Assembly: GCF_013315695.1 (NCBI RefSeq)
Contig: NZ_CP054353.1
Length of the DNA stretch: 64,000 bases
Source of the DNA: Escherichia coli
Lineage (GTDB): Bacteria; Pseudomonadota; Gammaproteobacteria; Enterobacterales; Enterobacteriaceae
Direction: 5' to 3' (one strand)
Both the position numbers and the translations under genes were made by a program. Below the pieces are notes generated by a model. The model saw only the letters and a list, made by a program, of their open reading frames with translations, did not search any database and was not told the DNA's origin. How positions within the stretch are numbered: position 1 is the first letter of the stretch; each line of letters begins with the position of its first letter. Shown in pieces: positions 1 through 12,414 of the stretch.

Positions 1-612
1 GAAGTGCTCACGCTGGACGGTTTCTGCAAACTGCGTCGTGAACTGGATGCGCAACCAACTGGTTTCCTCGACAGCCGCATTCGTCGCTTCCAGTCATTTG
101 CTGAAATTAGCACTGAACCCGGTCCTCACTTTGGCCTCGGTCTGGAGGCATACGCCACCTGGACTTCGCCGATCCGTAAATATGGCGACATGATCAACCA
201 CCGTCTGCTGAAAGCGGTTATCAAAGGCGAAACTGCGACGCGTCCGCAGGATGAAATCACTGTCCAAATGGCCGAGCGTCGCCGTCTCAACCGAATGGCA
301 GAACGTGATGTTGGCGACTGGTTATACGCACGCTTCCTGAAAGACAAAGCCGGGACCGACACCCGTTTCGCGGCGGAAATTGTCGATATCAGCCGTGGCG
401 GCATGCGTGTGCGTTTGGTTGATAACGGCGCTATCGCCTTTATTCCAGCACCTTTCTTACACGCTGTGCGCGATGAACTGGTTTGCAGCCAGGAAAACGG
501 CACCGTACAAATTAAAGGTGAAACGGTTTATAAAGTGACTGACGTTATTGACGTCACTATTGCCGAAGTCCGCATGGAAACCCGCAGCATTATTGCGCGC
601 CCAGTCGCGTAA
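1..612 (+). CDS. rnb: ribonuclease II, C-terminal part (gene begins upstream of window)
   Basis: ORF in frame to window edge; C-terminal sequence (...[43 protein letters not shown]...) recognised as E. coli RNase II S1-domain region. Confidence 0.85.
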
Positions 613-847
613 TCTCCTTTCACGGCCCATTTCTCATGGATGGGCCGTTTATTTCCCCGCTCCACCTTCGTCATATCCCGGCAGTTTTTTTAACTGACTT
701 TCGTTTGAAAACTGGCGTTTTTCCAAAACTGGATTACAAATAAATATATAAAAAAAACAATGCGTTTAGCCGCCGTTAATTTCATGTAAGTCATGTTGTT
801 CCTTTTATTTAACCGCGGACTCCGCTGTTAACCGGAGGATATGCATC

Positions 848-2833
848 ATGAAAACCGTTAGGGAGTCCACAACGTTGTACAACTTTCTCGGATCGCACAA
901 TCCATACTGGCGGTTAACGGAAAGCAGCGATGTTTTGCGCTTTTCTACCACCGAAACCACAGAACCTGAACGTACGTTGCAGTTATCTGCCGAACAGGCT
1001 GCTCGCATCAGGGAAATGACGGTCATCACCTCCAGCCTGATGATGAGTCTGACCGTCGATGAAAGCGATCTTTCTGTGCATCTGGTAGGACGAAAAATCA
1101 ATAAACGGGAATGGGCTGGCAACGCGTCTGCATGGCATGACACACCAGCAGTTGCTCGTGATTTATCACACGGACTTTCCTTTGCTGAGCAGGTAGTTTC
1201 TGAAGCACATTCCGCAATAGTGATTCTCGACAGCCGGGGGAATATCCAACGCTTCAATCGGTTATGTGAAGATTACACTGGGTTGAAAGAACACGACGTC
1301 ATTGGCCAAAGCGTGTTTAAACTGTTTATGAGCCGTCGTGAAGCTGCGGCATCCAGGCGCAATAACCGTGTATTTTTTCGAAGCGGCAATGCATATGAAG
1401 TCGAACTGTGGATACCAACACGTAAAGGCCAGCGGCTGTTTCTGTTTCGCAATAAATTTGTCCACAGCGGCAGTGGCAAGAACGAGATTTTTTTAATCTG
1501 TTCCGGCACCGACATTACCGAAGAGCGCCGCGCTCAGGAGCGACTGCGTATTCTGGCAAATACCGACAGTATCACCGGACTGCCGAATCGTAACGCAATG
1601 CAGGAGTTAATCGATCACGCTATTAATCAGGCAGATAACAATAAAGTTGGGGTTGTGTATCTTGATTTGGATAATTTTAAAAAGGTCAACGACGCCTATG
1701 GGCATTTATTTGGTGACCAGTTATTACGCGACGTGTCATTGGCCATTTTAAGCTGTCTCGAACATGACCAGGTGTTGGCGCGTCCAGGTGGCGATGAGTT
1801 TCTGGTACTGGCATCCAATACCTCACAAAGCGCGCTGGCAGCAATGGCATCACGAATTTTGACCCGCTTACGACTCCCCTTCCGCATTGGTTTAATTGAA
1901 GTTTATACCAGCTGTTCAGTGGGTATTTCACTCTCTCCCGAACATGGTTCGGACAGCGCGGCTATTATTCGTCACGCCGACACAGCAATGTACACAGCGA
2001 AGGAAGGCGGACGAGGACAATTTTGCGTTTTTACTCCAGAAATGAATCAGCGGGTATTTGAATATCTCTGGCTGGATACCAACTTGCGTAAAGCACTGGA
2101 AAACGATCAGTTGGTTATTCACTATCAACCGAAAATCACCTGGCGTGGCGAAGTGCGCAGTCTGGAAGCACTAGTACGTTGGCAGTCACCTGAACGTGGG
2201 TTGATTCCACCGTTGGACTTCATTTCCTACGCCGAAGAGTCAGGGCTAATTGTGCCTTTAGGCCGTTGGGTGATTCTCGATGTCGTACGCCAGGTGGCAA
2301 AGTGGCGGGATAAAGGTATTAACCTGCGAGTGGCGGTAAACATTTCTGCACGTCAGCTCGCCGATCAAACCATTTTCACCGCCCTGAAACAGGTTCTCCA
2401 GGAACTCAATTTTGAATACTGCCCTATTGATGTTGAACTGACGGAGAGCTGCCTGATTGAGAATGATGAACTTGCACTGTCTGTTATTCAACAATTTAGC
2501 CAACTAGGTGCGCAAGTGCATCTGGACGATTTTGGTACCGGCTACTCTTCACTTTCGCAACTGGCGCGCTTTCCGATCGATGCGATTAAACTTGACCAGG
2601 TTTTTGTTCGGGATATTCACAAACAACCTGTCTCGCAGTCGCTGGTCCGGGCGATCGTCGCTGTGGCCCAGGCATTGAATCTTCAGGTGATCGCTGAAGG
2701 AGTGGAGAGTAAAAAGGAAGATGCTTTTTTAACCAAGAACGGGATCAATGAGCGGCAAGGATTTTTGTTTGCCAAACCGATGCCCGCCGTCGCCTTCGAA
2801 CGTTGGTATAAACGCTATCTGAAGCGCGCATAA
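848..2833 (+). CDS. pdeR: cyclic-di-GMP phosphodiesterase PdeR (PAS-GGDEF-EAL protein)
   Basis: 661-aa ORF with degenerate GGDEF region and EAL domain; position between rnb and yciT as in K-12 (gmr/yciR). Confidence 0.85.
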   Translation: MKTVRESTTLYNFLGSHNPYWRLTESSDVLRFSTTETTEPERTLQLSAEQAARIREMTVITSSLMMSLTVDESDLSVHLVGRKINKREWAGNASAWHDTPAVARDLSHGLSFAEQVVSEAHSAIVILDSRGNIQRFNRLCEDYTGLKEHDVIGQSVFKLFMSRREAAASRRNNRVFFRSGNAYEVELWIPTRKGQRLFLFRNKFVHSGSGKNEIFLICSGTDITEERRAQERLRILANTDSITGLPNRNAMQELIDHAINQADNNKVGVVYLDLDNFKKVNDAYGHLFGDQLLRDVSLAILSCLEHDQVLARPGGDEFLVLASNTSQSALAAMASRILTRLRLPFRIGLIEVYTSCSVGISLSPEHGSDSAAIIRHADTAMYTAKEGGRGQFCVFTPEMNQRVFEYLWLDTNLRKALENDQLVIHYQPKITWRGEVRSLEALVRWQSPERGLIPPLDFISYAEESGLIVPLGRWVILDVVRQVAKWRDKGINLRVAVNISARQLADQTIFTALKQVLQELNFEYCPIDVELTESCLIENDELALSVIQQFSQLGAQVHLDDFGTGYSSLSQLARFPIDAIKLDQVFVRDIHKQPVSQSLVRAIVAVAQALNLQVIAEGVESKKEDAFLTKNGINERQGFLFAKPMPAVAFERWYKRYLKRA

Positions 2834-2980
2834 GTAGATGAATATATATACTTAGCGATATATTCCGTCATTATATATCGTATTCCCGGATGATAATTAG
2901 CCGTTGCTGTTAAACACTTCTCTTTTAGCGGCAATTTTTGCATTATTCATTTTCCCCCTTTTGCTATAAGGATGTCCTTG

Positions 2981-3154
2981 ATGTCTGAATTTGATGCCCA
3001 GCGCGTTGCCGAACGTATTGATATTGTGTTAGATATCCTTGTGGCAGGCGATTACCACTCTGCGATCCATAATCTCGAGATACTTAAAGCAGAACTCTTG
3101 CGCCAGGTTGCTGAATCTACGCCAGACATCCCGAAGGCACCGTGGGAGATTTAA
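2981..3154 (+). CDS. yciZ: small protein YciZ (UPF0509)
   Basis: 57-aa [60 protein letters not shown] matches remembered YciZ; start chosen at internal Met of 2972..3154 ORF. Confidence 0.75.
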
Positions 3155-3243
3155 CAATCGTGCCTTCAGGTTTTCCTATTTGAGGATGCCCGGCGCGTCA
3201 GTATTTTTTTATTTAGTATTATAACGTTATAAGAATTACAGCG

Positions 3244-3993
3244 ATGAATTCCCGACAACAAACTATTCTACAGATGGTCATTGACCAGGGTCAGGTTAGC
3301 GTAACCGATCTGGCAAAAGCCACTGGAGTTTCTGAAGTTACCATTCGCCAGGATCTCAACACCCTCGAAAAACTGAGTTACCTCCGCCGTGCACATGGCT
3401 TTGCAGTATCGCTTGATAGTGATGACGTCGAAACTCGTATGATGAGCAACTATACGCTGAAGCGTGAACTCGCTGAGTTTGCCGCGTCACTGGTTCAACC
3501 GGGCGAAACCATCTTTATCGAAAATGGCAGCAGCAATGCCTTGCTCGCCCGGACTCTGGGCGAGCAGAAGAAAAATGTCACGATCATCACGGTCAGCAGC
3601 TACATCGCGCATTTGCTGAAAGACGCGCCTTGTGAAGTTATTTTGCTCGGTGGCGTGTACCAGAAAAAAAGCGAAAGTATGGTTGGTCCTTTGACACGCC
3701 AGTGCATCCAACAGGTGCATTTCAGCAAAGCATTTATTGGTATTGATGGCTGGCAACCTGAAACTGGGTTTACCGGTCGCGATATGATGCGTACCGATGT
3801 GGTCAATGCCGTGCTGGAAAAAGAGTGCGAGGCGATAGTCCTGACTGACAGCTCGAAATTTAGTGCTGTACATTCATACTCCATCGGCCCCGTTGAGCGA
3901 TTCAATCGCGTGATTACCGATTCGAAAATACGCGCCAGCGATCTGATGCATCTTGAGCACAGTAAACTCACCGTTCACGTCGTTGACATTTAA
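3244..3993 (+). CDS. yciT: DeoR-family transcriptional regulator YciT
   Basis: 249-aa ORF with N-terminal HTH and DeoR C-terminal sugar-binding domain; synteny. Confidence 0.85.
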   Translation: MNSRQQTILQMVIDQGQVSVTDLAKATGVSEVTIRQDLNTLEKLSYLRRAHGFAVSLDSDDVETRMMSNYTLKRELAEFAASLVQPGETIFIENGSSNALLARTLGEQKKNVTIITVSSYIAHLLKDAPCEVILLGGVYQKKSESMVGPLTRQCIQQVHFSKAFIGIDGWQPETGFTGRDMMRTDVVNAVLEKECEAIVLTDSSKFSAVHSYSIGPVERFNRVITDSKIRASDLMHLEHSKLTVHVVDI

Positions 3994-4261
3994 CCATTTC
4001 CCTTCTCTACGGATGATTTGCTGTTTTGCAAATCATCCGCTCTAAGATGATTCCTGGTTGATAATTAAGACTATTTACCTGTTATTAACACTTTCAAGAT
4101 ATAAAATTATTATCAGCGATATAACAGGAAGTCATTATCACCTGCGTGATATAACCCTGCGCGCGAGCGGATTTCACGGAATAATTTCACCAGGCTTATT
4201 CTTAGCTATTATAGTTATAGAGAGCTTACTTCCGTGAATCATAAATTCAGGAGAGAGTATT

Positions 4262-4480
4262 ATGTTTGTAACGAGCAAAAAAATGACCGCGGCTGTTCTG
4301 GCAATTACCCTGGCAATGTCTCTGAGTGCCTGTTCTAACTGGTCTAAACGAGACCGTAACACCGCAATTGGCGCGGGCGCAGGTGCATTAGGCGGTGCAG
4401 TACTGACCGATGGCAGTACGTTGGGTACATTAGGTGGTGCAGCCATCGGTGGTGTTATTGGTCACCAGGTCGGTAAATAA
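4262..4480 (+). CDS. osmB: osmotically inducible lipoprotein OsmB
   Basis: 72-aa ORF with lipobox (LSAC) and Gly-rich repeats; good RBS; synteny. Confidence 0.9.
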   Translation: MFVTSKKMTAAVLAITLAMSLSACSNWSKRDRNTAIGAGAGALGGAVLTDGSTLGTLGGAAIGGVIGHQVGK

Positions 4481-4574
4481 TCGTAAATAAATGTCGATTA
4501 TCGACTCGCAATTATAATACGCTTGATTCTGTTCAGTACGAAATAACTGAATAATACACACAGTAAAATATTCG

Positions 4575-4602
4575 AAAGCCACGGATATATCCGTGGCTTT
4601 TT
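4575..4602 (+). terminator. rho-independent terminator downstream of osmB
   Basis: GC hairpin gccacggatatatccgtggc followed by TTTTT. Confidence 0.6.
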
Positions 4603-4605
4603 ATG

Positions 4606-4932
4606 TTAGCCGCCTGCGAGTTTTACCTTCATCCCTTTCGCTTCAAGCAGTGATTTTAATAAATCACGCTTATCGCCCTGGATTTCAATAATTCCATCTT
4701 TAACTGCTCCGCCGCAGCCGCATTTTTTCTTCAGTTCCGCTGCCAGTTTCGTCAGTTCGGCATCATCGAGATCGACACCGGTAATCAGGCAAACGCCCTT
4801 ACCTTTACGTCCACTGGTCTGACGCTGAATACGCACCACACCGTCGCCTTTAGGGCGTACAGGGGCCGCTTTTGGCTCATCAATACGTCCGGTTTCCGTT
4901 GAGTAGACCAGACGGCTGTTGGAATCACTCAT
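4606..4932 (-). CDS. yciH: SUI1/eIF1-like translation factor YciH
   Basis: 108-aa product [21 protein letters not shown]...; overlaps pyrF stop as in K-12. Confidence 0.85.
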   Translation of the reverse strand: MSDSNSRLVYSTETGRIDEPKAAPVRPKGDGVVRIQRQTSGRKGKGVCLITGVDLDDAELTKLAAELKKKCGCGGAVKDGIIEIQGDKRDLLKSLLEAKGMKVKLAGG

Positions 4933-5669
4933 CATGCACTCCGCTGTAAAGAGGCGTTGATCGCTTTCAGCGTCTGCGCTGGATCTACCGATTGCGTTAC
5001 CGGGCGACCAATCACCATATAATCAACACCAGCCGCCAACGCCTGTTCTGGCGTCATAATGCGGCGCTGGTCACCTGCTTCACTCCCCTGCGGACGAATG
5101 CCCGGTGTAACCAGTTTGAACTCCTGACCGAATACCTGTTTAAAGCGCACAGCTTCCTGAGCAGAACACACCACACCATCAAGGCCACATTTTTGCGTCA
5201 GTGCCGCCAGACGTTCTGCATAATCTGCAGGTGACAGTGTCACGCCAAGATCGGCCAGGTCGCTGGCTTCCATGCTGGTCAATACTGTCACAGCAATCAA
5301 AAGCGGTGCATCTTTGCCAAACGGAACCAGTGCCTCACGCGCTGCGGTCATCATACGCGCCCCACCGGAGGCGTGAACATTCACCATCCACACGCCTAAG
5401 TCAGCTGCAGCAGCGACAGCGTGCGCTGCAGTGTTGGGAATATCGTGAAATTTCAGGTCGAGGAAGATATCAAAACCACGCTGTTGAAGTTCGCGTACAA
5501 ATTGAGGTCCAAACAGCGTAAACATCTCTTTGCCGACTTTCAGACGACAATCGCGTGGGTCGATCTTGTCGACAAAGGCCAGCGCGGCATCACGATTATG
5601 ATAATCAAGGGCAACAACCACAGGAGAATTCGTAACAGCGCGGGAAGAAGATGAAGCAGTTAACGTCAT
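4932..5669 (-). CDS. pyrF: orotidine-5'-phosphate decarboxylase
   Basis: Start chosen at [23 protein letters not shown]... within longer ORF 4932..5729; OMP decarboxylase family. Confidence 0.9.
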   Translation of the reverse strand: MTLTASSSSRAVTNSPVVVALDYHNRDAALAFVDKIDPRDCRLKVGKEMFTLFGPQFVRELQQRGFDIFLDLKFHDIPNTAAHAVAAAADLGVWMVNVHASGGARMMTAAREALVPFGKDAPLLIAVTVLTSMEASDLADLGVTLSPADYAERLAALTQKCGLDGVVCSAQEAVRFKQVFGQEFKLVTPGIRPQGSEAGDQRRIMTPEQALAAGVDYMVIGRPVTQSVDPAQTLKAINASLQRSA

Positions 5670-5860
5670 GACCAGACCTTCTTGATGATGGGCACCGGAA
5701 GTGGCGCGAAACAGGTAAACGGCGAGCATTCTACCCGTGGAAATAAAAAATTAACAGTTGCGATTTCTCCCCTGGCAGGCTTTTCCGCGCCGTCGGTGCC
5801 GGAGCACAATAGAACATCAATAATTAGTATGTTGTAACTAAAGTCGGATTTTTTTGAAAA

Positions 5861-7030
5861 TTACAGGCCATCAAGACCGCGAATCGGTTTAATGGTTGAC
5901 CAGGCCCGACAAGACGGACAATGCCAGTAGAGAGTGTATGCGGTAAAACCACATTTCTGGCAGCGATAACGAGGCTTACTACGCACCCTCTCGCCAACCA
6001 TGTCACGCAGCACCATCAGACTCTCTTTGGCACGCCCTTCTTCTGCTTCATTTAAGTGGTAATCCATTAACTTATGGAACACACGCATGGTCGGATGACG
6101 CTGAAGCTGGCGCGTAATATAGACCTGTGCGGCCTCACTACCGTCGCGCGCTTCGATGATATCCGCAAGCATCAATTCAGCATCGGCACCGGTGTTCTCT
6201 TCCACCGCGCGCTGCAGGAATTCTGCCCATTCGGCAGTTTTACCCAACTGCTGATAGCATGTTTGCAGCATTTCCAGCGTTTCGCTGACCAGTTCTCTGT
6301 CCTGGGATATCACGCGTTGCAGACTTTCGACGGCTTTGGCGTATTCTCCTTTCGCCATAAATACGCGTCCCATCATGATGGATACGCGGGCGCTGTTTTT
6401 ATCTGCCGCCGCACCTTTTTTTAACAAGGCCATGGCACGATCGAGATCGTCGCTGGCCATATGCTGCAGGGCTAACTCACAGTAGAAATGGGCAATTTCG
6501 ACGCGCTGTTTATCTTTACCCAGCTTCACCAGGCGTTCGGCAACATCAATTGCTTTCTGCCACTCGCTGGTAGCCTGGTAGATTTGTAGCAACTGTTGCA
6601 GCGCGCCAATGCGGAAGTCAGTTTCATCGGTCAGCTGATTGAACATGTCTTCCGCGCGGTCGTATAACCCGGCGGCCATGTAATCACGCCCCAATTGTTG
6701 AATCGCCAACAGACGCTGTTCATAGGTCAGCGAGGCGCTTTCCATTAGGGTCTGATGGATGCGAATAGCGCGATCAACTTCGCCACGCGAACGGAACAGG
6801 TTTCCGAGCGTAAGGTGGGCTTCAACGGTACCTGTATCCTCTTTAAGCATATCGAGAAACAGATCTACCGCTTTATCCTGTTGATTACTAAGCAGGAAGT
6901 TAACCCCCGCTACGTAATCACGCGACAAGCGGTTGGCTTCATCTTGCTTGTTTTGTTGCGCACTTCTGCGGCCCATATACCAGCCATAGGCAGCGGCTAC
7001 AGGCAAAAGCAGAAACAACAACTCCAGCAT
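5861..7030 (-). CDS. lapB: LPS assembly protein LapB (YciM), TPR plus rubredoxin-like C-terminus
   Basis: 389-aa ORF with TPR repeats and C-terminal CxxC...CxxC motif; adjacent to lapA. Confidence 0.9.
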   Translation of the reverse strand: MLELLFLLLPVAAAYGWYMGRRSAQQNKQDEANRLSRDYVAGVNFLLSNQQDKAVDLFLDMLKEDTGTVEAHLTLGNLFRSRGEVDRAIRIHQTLMESASLTYEQRLLAIQQLGRDYMAAGLYDRAEDMFNQLTDETDFRIGALQQLLQIYQATSEWQKAIDVAERLVKLGKDKQRVEIAHFYCELALQHMASDDLDRAMALLKKGAAADKNSARVSIMMGRVFMAKGEYAKAVESLQRVISQDRELVSETLEMLQTCYQQLGKTAEWAEFLQRAVEENTGADAELMLADIIEARDGSEAAQVYITRQLQRHPTMRVFHKLMDYHLNEAEEGRAKESLMVLRDMVGERVRSKPRYRCQKCGFTAYTLYWHCPSCRAWSTIKPIRGLDGL

Positions 7031-7036
7031 AGAAAG

Positions 7037-7345
7037 TTATTCCTTCGACGCAGACGAGTGCGGCGCTACAGCCACGTCAGTCGCGGGTGAAAGCTGGTTT
7101 TCCAGTCGCTTTATTTTACGTTCAGCGCGCGCCAGGGAAACACGAACTCGCAGCCAGAAAAGGCCGCAAATCAGCCAACCGATAGCAAACCCCGCAGCAA
7201 ACAATACCGCCAGCAATGTGGAAATACGGTACTCCCCTTGCGCTAACAGATAATTAAACGTCACCTGTTGATCGTTCTGCGCACCTAACGTAACCGAAAT
7301 CACGAAGATCGCTAACACCAGTAAGAAAATGAGTAAATATTTCAC
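7037..7345 (-). CDS. lapA: LPS assembly protein LapA (YciS)
   Basis: 102-aa inner-membrane protein immediately upstream of lapB. Confidence 0.85.
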   Translation of the reverse strand: MKYLLIFLLVLAIFVISVTLGAQNDQQVTFNYLLAQGEYRISTLLAVLFAAGFAIGWLICGLFWLRVRVSLARAERKIKRLENQLSPATDVAVAPHSSASKE

Positions 7346-7493
7346 ATTACTTCCCGTTATGTGGTTAGAGCGAATAAATTATGATCAACTTACCGCAATA
7401 GCCCTTTAAAGTACCATTTTCGCGCCGTCTGCGAAATGGCATCCACGCGCATTGTTGATGATTTAAGGCCTAAATTCGGAAAATCAACCAGCG

Positions 7494-8258
7494 TTAACTT
7501 TCTTGTTCTCGTTGCGCTATTTCGCGATTTTCTTCCGCAGGTGGTGTTAATGGCCCACAAATTCGTTGCGCAAGCCACGTTGCCACCGCCACCAGCGCCC
7601 ACGAAATCAACGTAGCTACTACCAGATCGCGTGGCCAATGCATCCCGAGCAGCAGGCGGCTTCCCATGACTCCAGTTGCCCAGACCAGCAAGATAGCAAT
7701 GGTTAACGTTCGCCGACGCGGCCACAGCAAACCAACGGCCAGCAGTGCCCAACTGGCAGCAAACATCGTGTGACCGGAAGGAAAGGCAAACCCCGTCTCT
7801 TTCTGCCAGTGTGAACGCAAATATTGTGGGATATTTTTCTCTTCAGCCAACTGTTCTTTCACTAGATTTCCGCGTTCTGCTCGCTTTAAAGTGTAGAACT
7901 CATCAACCGGAATATGATGTGTTTTTTCCAGCCAGATAACAAAAGGTCGTGGTTCCTGGACTTTGTCTTTGATCCAGGATTTAACGCCTTGTCCCACAAG
8001 GATTGCGGCCGCCAGAATGGCAAATAATACAAAGGCAGCCTTAATGCGAAAACGCAGACACCAGAAAAACCAGCCGAATAAAATCAAATGTGTAATGACG
8101 CCCCAGGGCTGGGTGACAGTTTCAGTAACCCAAAAAGCCGCTTTTAGTAGCCAACTTTGTTCTCCAGGTTGCCAACGCCAGCCAGAAATCCATACGGCTA
8201 CTGGCATGACAAGCAATAGTGCAGCTCCCACTGCGGTACGTCTGGCAATCGAACGCAT
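7494..8258 (-). CDS. pgpB: phosphatidylglycerophosphatase B (PAP2 family)
   Basis: 254-aa polytopic membrane ORF with PAP2 motifs (PSGH, SRxxxxxH); synteny. Confidence 0.9.
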   Translation of the reverse strand: MRSIARRTAVGAALLLVMPVAVWISGWRWQPGEQSWLLKAAFWVTETVTQPWGVITHLILFGWFFWCLRFRIKAAFVLFAILAAAILVGQGVKSWIKDKVQEPRPFVIWLEKTHHIPVDEFYTLKRAERGNLVKEQLAEEKNIPQYLRSHWQKETGFAFPSGHTMFAASWALLAVGLLWPRRRTLTIAILLVWATGVMGSRLLLGMHWPRDLVVATLISWALVAVATWLAQRICGPLTPPAEENREIAQREQES

Positions 8259-8427
8259 GGCCTCTCCTTTTTGATAAGTCCCACAATCATAACTGAAAAC
8301 GCCAGTTCCAGGAAAAATTGACAGATTTGTGCCATTCCGTGAACGATCGACGCGTCGTGATTAGGTGAACCCCTTCTCGTTATGGCAAAATAAGCCAATA
8401 CAGAACCAGCATTATCTGGAGAATTTC

Positions 8428-9018
8428 ATGCAGCTTAAACGTGTGGCAGAAGCCAAACTGCCAACCCCATGGGGCGATTTCCTGATGGTGGGATTTGAAG
8501 AACTGGCAACCGGACACGATCATGTCGCGCTAGTCTATGGCGATACTTCCGGGCATACCCCGGTACTTGCGCGCGTCCATTCCGAATGTCTGACCGGTGA
8601 CGCCCTGTTCAGCTTGCGCTGCGATTGTGGCTTCCAGCTCGAAGCGGCACTGACGCAAATTGCCGAAGAAGGCCGTGGTATTTTGCTGTATCACCGTCAG
8701 GAAGGTCGTAACATTGGTCTGCTGAATAAAATCCGCGCTTATGCACTGCAGGATCAAGGTTACGATACTGTAGAGGCTAACCACCAGTTAGGCTTCGCCG
8801 CTGATGAGCGCGACTTCACTCTTTGCGCTGATATGTTCAAACTCCTTGGCGTCAATGAAGTCCGCTTGTTAACCAACAACCCGAAAAAAGTCGAAATTCT
8901 GACCGAAGCAGGGATTAATATTGTTGAACGCGTACCGTTGATTGTAGGTCGTAACCCCAATAACGAACATTATCTCGATACCAAAGCCGAGAAAATGGGT
9001 CATTTGCTGAACAAATAA
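8428..9018 (+). CDS. ribA: GTP cyclohydrolase II
   Basis: 196-aa product [18 protein letters not shown]... with Cys-rich zinc motif [14 protein letters not shown]; start at internal Met of ORF 8365..9018. Confidence 0.9.
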   Translation: MQLKRVAEAKLPTPWGDFLMVGFEELATGHDHVALVYGDTSGHTPVLARVHSECLTGDALFSLRCDCGFQLEAALTQIAEEGRGILLYHRQEGRNIGLLNKIRAYALQDQGYDTVEANHQLGFAADERDFTLCADMFKLLGVNEVRLLTNNPKKVEILTEAGINIVERVPLIVGRNPNNEHYLDTKAEKMGHLLNK

Positions 9019-9081
9019 CCCTCTTGCATTGTGTAATTCATTTGCTTGCCGGAAGCAAAATAACCGGCAAGCAAATACTCG

Positions 9082-11757
9082 TTACTTCAACATATTACGA
9101 ATGACATAATGCAAAATGCCGTCGTTCTGGTAGTAGGTCAACTCCGTCGCGGTGTCGATACGACAACGGCAGGGTACGACCTCCTGGCTACCATCCGCGC
9201 GCGTAAGCGTCACCGGAACCGTCGCACCGGGCTGTAGATTTTGCAGATCGCCAATATCAATCTTCTCTTCCCCGGTTAGCCCTAACGTTTTACGCGTTAC
9301 GCCTTGCGGAAATTCCAGCGGCAGGATGCCCATGCCAATTAAATTCGAACGGTGAATTCGTTCAAACGATTCGGCAATCACCACACGAATGCCAAGTAGA
9401 CGCGGACCTTTTGCCGCCCAGTCACGGCTGGAGCCTGATCCATACTCTTTCCCGGCAATCACCGCCAGCGGCGTTTGCTCCTGCTTATAGCGCATCGCGG
9501 CATCATAAATAGAGATGACCTCGCTGTCAGGTAAATGCCGCGTCATCCCCCCTTCAACGCCAGGCACCATTTCATTACGGATGCGAATATTGGCGAAGGT
9601 GCCGCGCATCATCACTTCATGGTTACCACGCCGCGAACCGTAGGAGTTAAAGTCTTTGCGCTCAACACCCCGACCTTGTAGATATCGCCCCGCTGGGCTG
9701 TCGGGCTTAATACTGCCCGCCGGAGAGATATGGTCAGTGGTGACTGAATCCCCCAGCATTGCGAGGATCCGCGCACCGTGAATATCTTCCACAGGTGCTG
9801 GTGTTGCCTGCATTTCATCAAAGAAAGGCGATAAGCGAATATAGGTTGAATCCTCCTGCCAACCGTAGGTATCGGATCGTGCGACGTTAATTTCCTTCCA
9901 CTCTGCTGTGCCTTCAAAAACTTCTGCGTACTCTTTACGGAACATTTCTGTGGAGACTTGTTCTACCGCACGGGCAATTTCTTGTGCCGAGGGCCAGATA
10001 TCTTTCAGATATACCGGGTCGCCTTTACGATCGTGACCAATAGGCTCAGAAGCGAGGTTAATATTCATATTTCCCGCTAGCGCATAGGCAACCACCAGCG
10101 GCGGCGAGGCCAGCCAGTTAGTTTTAACCAGCGGATGGATACGGCCTTCAAAGTTACGGTTGCCGGACAGCACCGCACCGACGGTTAAATCGCCTTTTTT
10201 GATTGCCGTTTCGATAGGATCGGGCAATGGACCAGAGTTACCAATACAGGTGGTACAACCGTATCCCACAAGGTTAAACCCCAGTTCATCGAGATACGGT
10301 GTCAGTTTCGCTTTTGCCAAATAATCAGAAACGACTTTCGAGCCTGGTGCCAGCGACGCTTTGACCCACGGTTGCCGCTTGAGGCCCAGAGTTACAGCTT
10401 TTTTCGCCAGCAAACCTGCGGCCATCAGCACACTTGGGTTAGAGGTGTTGGTGCACGACGTTATCGCAGCAATGACCACCGCGCCATCAGGTAACTGATA
10501 CTGATGTCCGTTCATAACATAATCGACCGGCTGGCGATCTTTATGCGTGGCATTTACTTCCAGTTCGTTACTGGCGGCAAATGCTTTTGGTACATCGGGC
10601 AGTGCAACGCGATCCTGTGGGCGTTTTGGCCCTGCCAGGCTCGCTTCAACGTCATTCATATCCAGTTCTAACGTACTGGTAAAAATCGGTTCATCGCCCG
10701 GGTTACGCCACATGCCCTGCGCTTTGGCATATTTTTCGACCAACTCGACCTGATCTTCGCTGCGCCCGCTTAAACGCATGTAATCGAGGGTGACAGCATC
10801 GATTGGGAAGAAGCCACAGGTGGCACCATATTCTGGCGACATATTGGCAATGGTGGCGCGATCCGCCAGCGGTAGTGAATCCAGACCATCACCATAAAAT
10901 TCGACGAATTTCCCCACCACGCCATGTTTGCGCAGCATTTGGGTAACGGTGAGAACCAGGTCTGTGGCGGTAATACCTTCACGTAATTTTCCGGTAAGTT
11001 TAAAGCCTACTACGTCCGGGATAAGCATGGAAACCGGCTGGCCTAACATTGCGGCTTCGGCTTCGATCCCACCAACGCCCCACCCCAGCACGCCAAGGCC
11101 GTTGATCATGGTGGTGTGCGAGTCAGTACCAACGAGTGTATCCGGATAAGCAATCCATTCACCGTCCTGCAATTCGCTCCACACTGCTTTGCCGAGATAT
11201 TCGAGGTTAACCTGATGGCAAATGCCTGTGCCTGGCGGCACGACACTAAAACGACTGAACGCCTGCTTTCCCCATTTCAGGAACACATAACGTTCGTGGT
11301 TGCGCTCCATTTCCAGGCGCACGTTTTCTTCAAATGCCTCATCATCACCAAAACGATCGACGGTCACCGAGTGGTCAATGACCAGGTCGACCGGTGAGAG
11401 CGGGTTAACCTTTGCAGTATCGCCGCCGAGGCGTTTAACCGCTTCGCGCATTGCCGCCAGATCAACAACGGCAGGTACGCCGGTAAAGTCCTGCATCAGC
11501 ACTCTTGCCGGGCGGTAGGCAATTTCACGGTCAGCATGGGCATTTTTCAGCCATCCCGCCAGCGCGTGGATATCCTCTTCGGTAACCGATTTACCATCCT
11601 GCCAACGCAGCAGGTTTTCGAGCAAAACTTTGAGTGACTTGGGTAGACGGGTGATATCGCCCAGTGATTTGGCAGCAAGCGGCAAGCTGTAGTAGTGGTA
11701 AGTTTTATCTTTGGCCTGCAACGTGTCCTTACTGGCTTCTCGTAGGGTTGACGACAT
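9082..11757 (-). CDS. acnA: aconitate hydratase A
   Basis: 891-aa ORF, aconitase family with Fe-S ligand Cys residues; synteny. Confidence 0.95.
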   Translation of the reverse strand: MSSTLREASKDTLQAKDKTYHYYSLPLAAKSLGDITRLPKSLKVLLENLLRWQDGKSVTEEDIHALAGWLKNAHADREIAYRPARVLMQDFTGVPAVVDLAAMREAVKRLGGDTAKVNPLSPVDLVIDHSVTVDRFGDDEAFEENVRLEMERNHERYVFLKWGKQAFSRFSVVPPGTGICHQVNLEYLGKAVWSELQDGEWIAYPDTLVGTDSHTTMINGLGVLGWGVGGIEAEAAMLGQPVSMLIPDVVGFKLTGKLREGITATDLVLTVTQMLRKHGVVGKFVEFYGDGLDSLPLADRATIANMSPEYGATCGFFPIDAVTLDYMRLSGRSEDQVELVEKYAKAQGMWRNPGDEPIFTSTLELDMNDVEASLAGPKRPQDRVALPDVPKAFAASNELEVNATHKDRQPVDYVMNGHQYQLPDGAVVIAAITSCTNTSNPSVLMAAGLLAKKAVTLGLKRQPWVKASLAPGSKVVSDYLAKAKLTPYLDELGFNLVGYGCTTCIGNSGPLPDPIETAIKKGDLTVGAVLSGNRNFEGRIHPLVKTNWLASPPLVVAYALAGNMNINLASEPIGHDRKGDPVYLKDIWPSAQEIARAVEQVSTEMFRKEYAEVFEGTAEWKEINVARSDTYGWQEDSTYIRLSPFFDEMQATPAPVEDIHGARILAMLGDSVTTDHISPAGSIKPDSPAGRYLQGRGVERKDFNSYGSRRGNHEVMMRGTFANIRIRNEMVPGVEGGMTRHLPDSEVISIYDAAMRYKQEQTPLAVIAGKEYGSGSSRDWAAKGPRLLGIRVVIAESFERIHRSNLIGMGILPLEFPQGVTRKTLGLTGEEKIDIGDLQNLQPGATVPVTLTRADGSQEVVPCRCRIDTATELTYYQNDGILHYVIRNMLK

Positions 11758-12115
11758 AGCTCCTCCTTAATGACAGGGTTGCGAAGCCCTGATTCTCTTC
11801 AGGGTGAATATTAAAGATAACACAAACATCGCGTAACGATTTGATAACAACCCAAATTGATAAAAGAGGAGAAACCTTGAGACAAAGCAAACAGCGGGGT
11901 CAGGGATCAGTGAGTAATGATCCAGAGGAGTTCGGCCCAGAAGAGCATCGACAGAGAAAATGCGCCCATCCAGGACCAATATTTCATATTTGTGTTGATC
12001 ATAGGCTACACCCTTAACGGTTATTACTTTGTGTTGAGATAACTCAACCTGTTATTGCTGCGGTGTATTAAAAGCCCTGTGATTCATTAAAAATGGGTAA
12101 TAAGAATGATGATAA

Positions 12116-12283
12116 TTATTGTTTCGGCTGATCATCTTCAGCAAACAGTTCTATAAAGGCTTGTTGCTGCGATGTTAGTTGCCAGTCGTCTGGAATAACG
12201 ACGGAACATTCCCGTTTTGCTTCTGGTTCATTGTCACTATGCTGACATAATGGTGACGACTCCAGTTGCTCCTGACCGACCAT
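12116..12283 (-). CDS. yciX: small protein YciX
   Basis: Short ORF between acnA and cysB at the K-12 yciX position; start uncertain. Confidence 0.5.
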   Translation of the reverse strand: MVGQEQLESSPLCQHSDNEPEAKRECSVVIPDDWQLTSQQQAFIELFAEDDQPKQ

Positions 12284-12285
12284 AG

Positions 12286-12414
12286 TTATCCCCACACTTT
12301 CCAAATCAGCAGTGCGACAACCACCCAGAAAAGTGCAGAACCAAGAAAAACCGCCAGCCAGGCTTTACGTTTTAATTCAGGATCGCGGCGGGGTTCCTGA
12401 TTTCCAGAAGGCAT
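12286..12414 (-). CDS. ymiA: small membrane protein YmiA
   Basis: 42-aa ORF MPSGNQEPRRDPELKRKAWLAVFLGSALFWVVVALLIWKVWG read from sequence (below ORF-track length cutoff). Confidence 0.6.
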   Translation of the reverse strand: MPSGNQEPRRDPELKRKAWLAVFLGSALFWVVVALLIWKVWG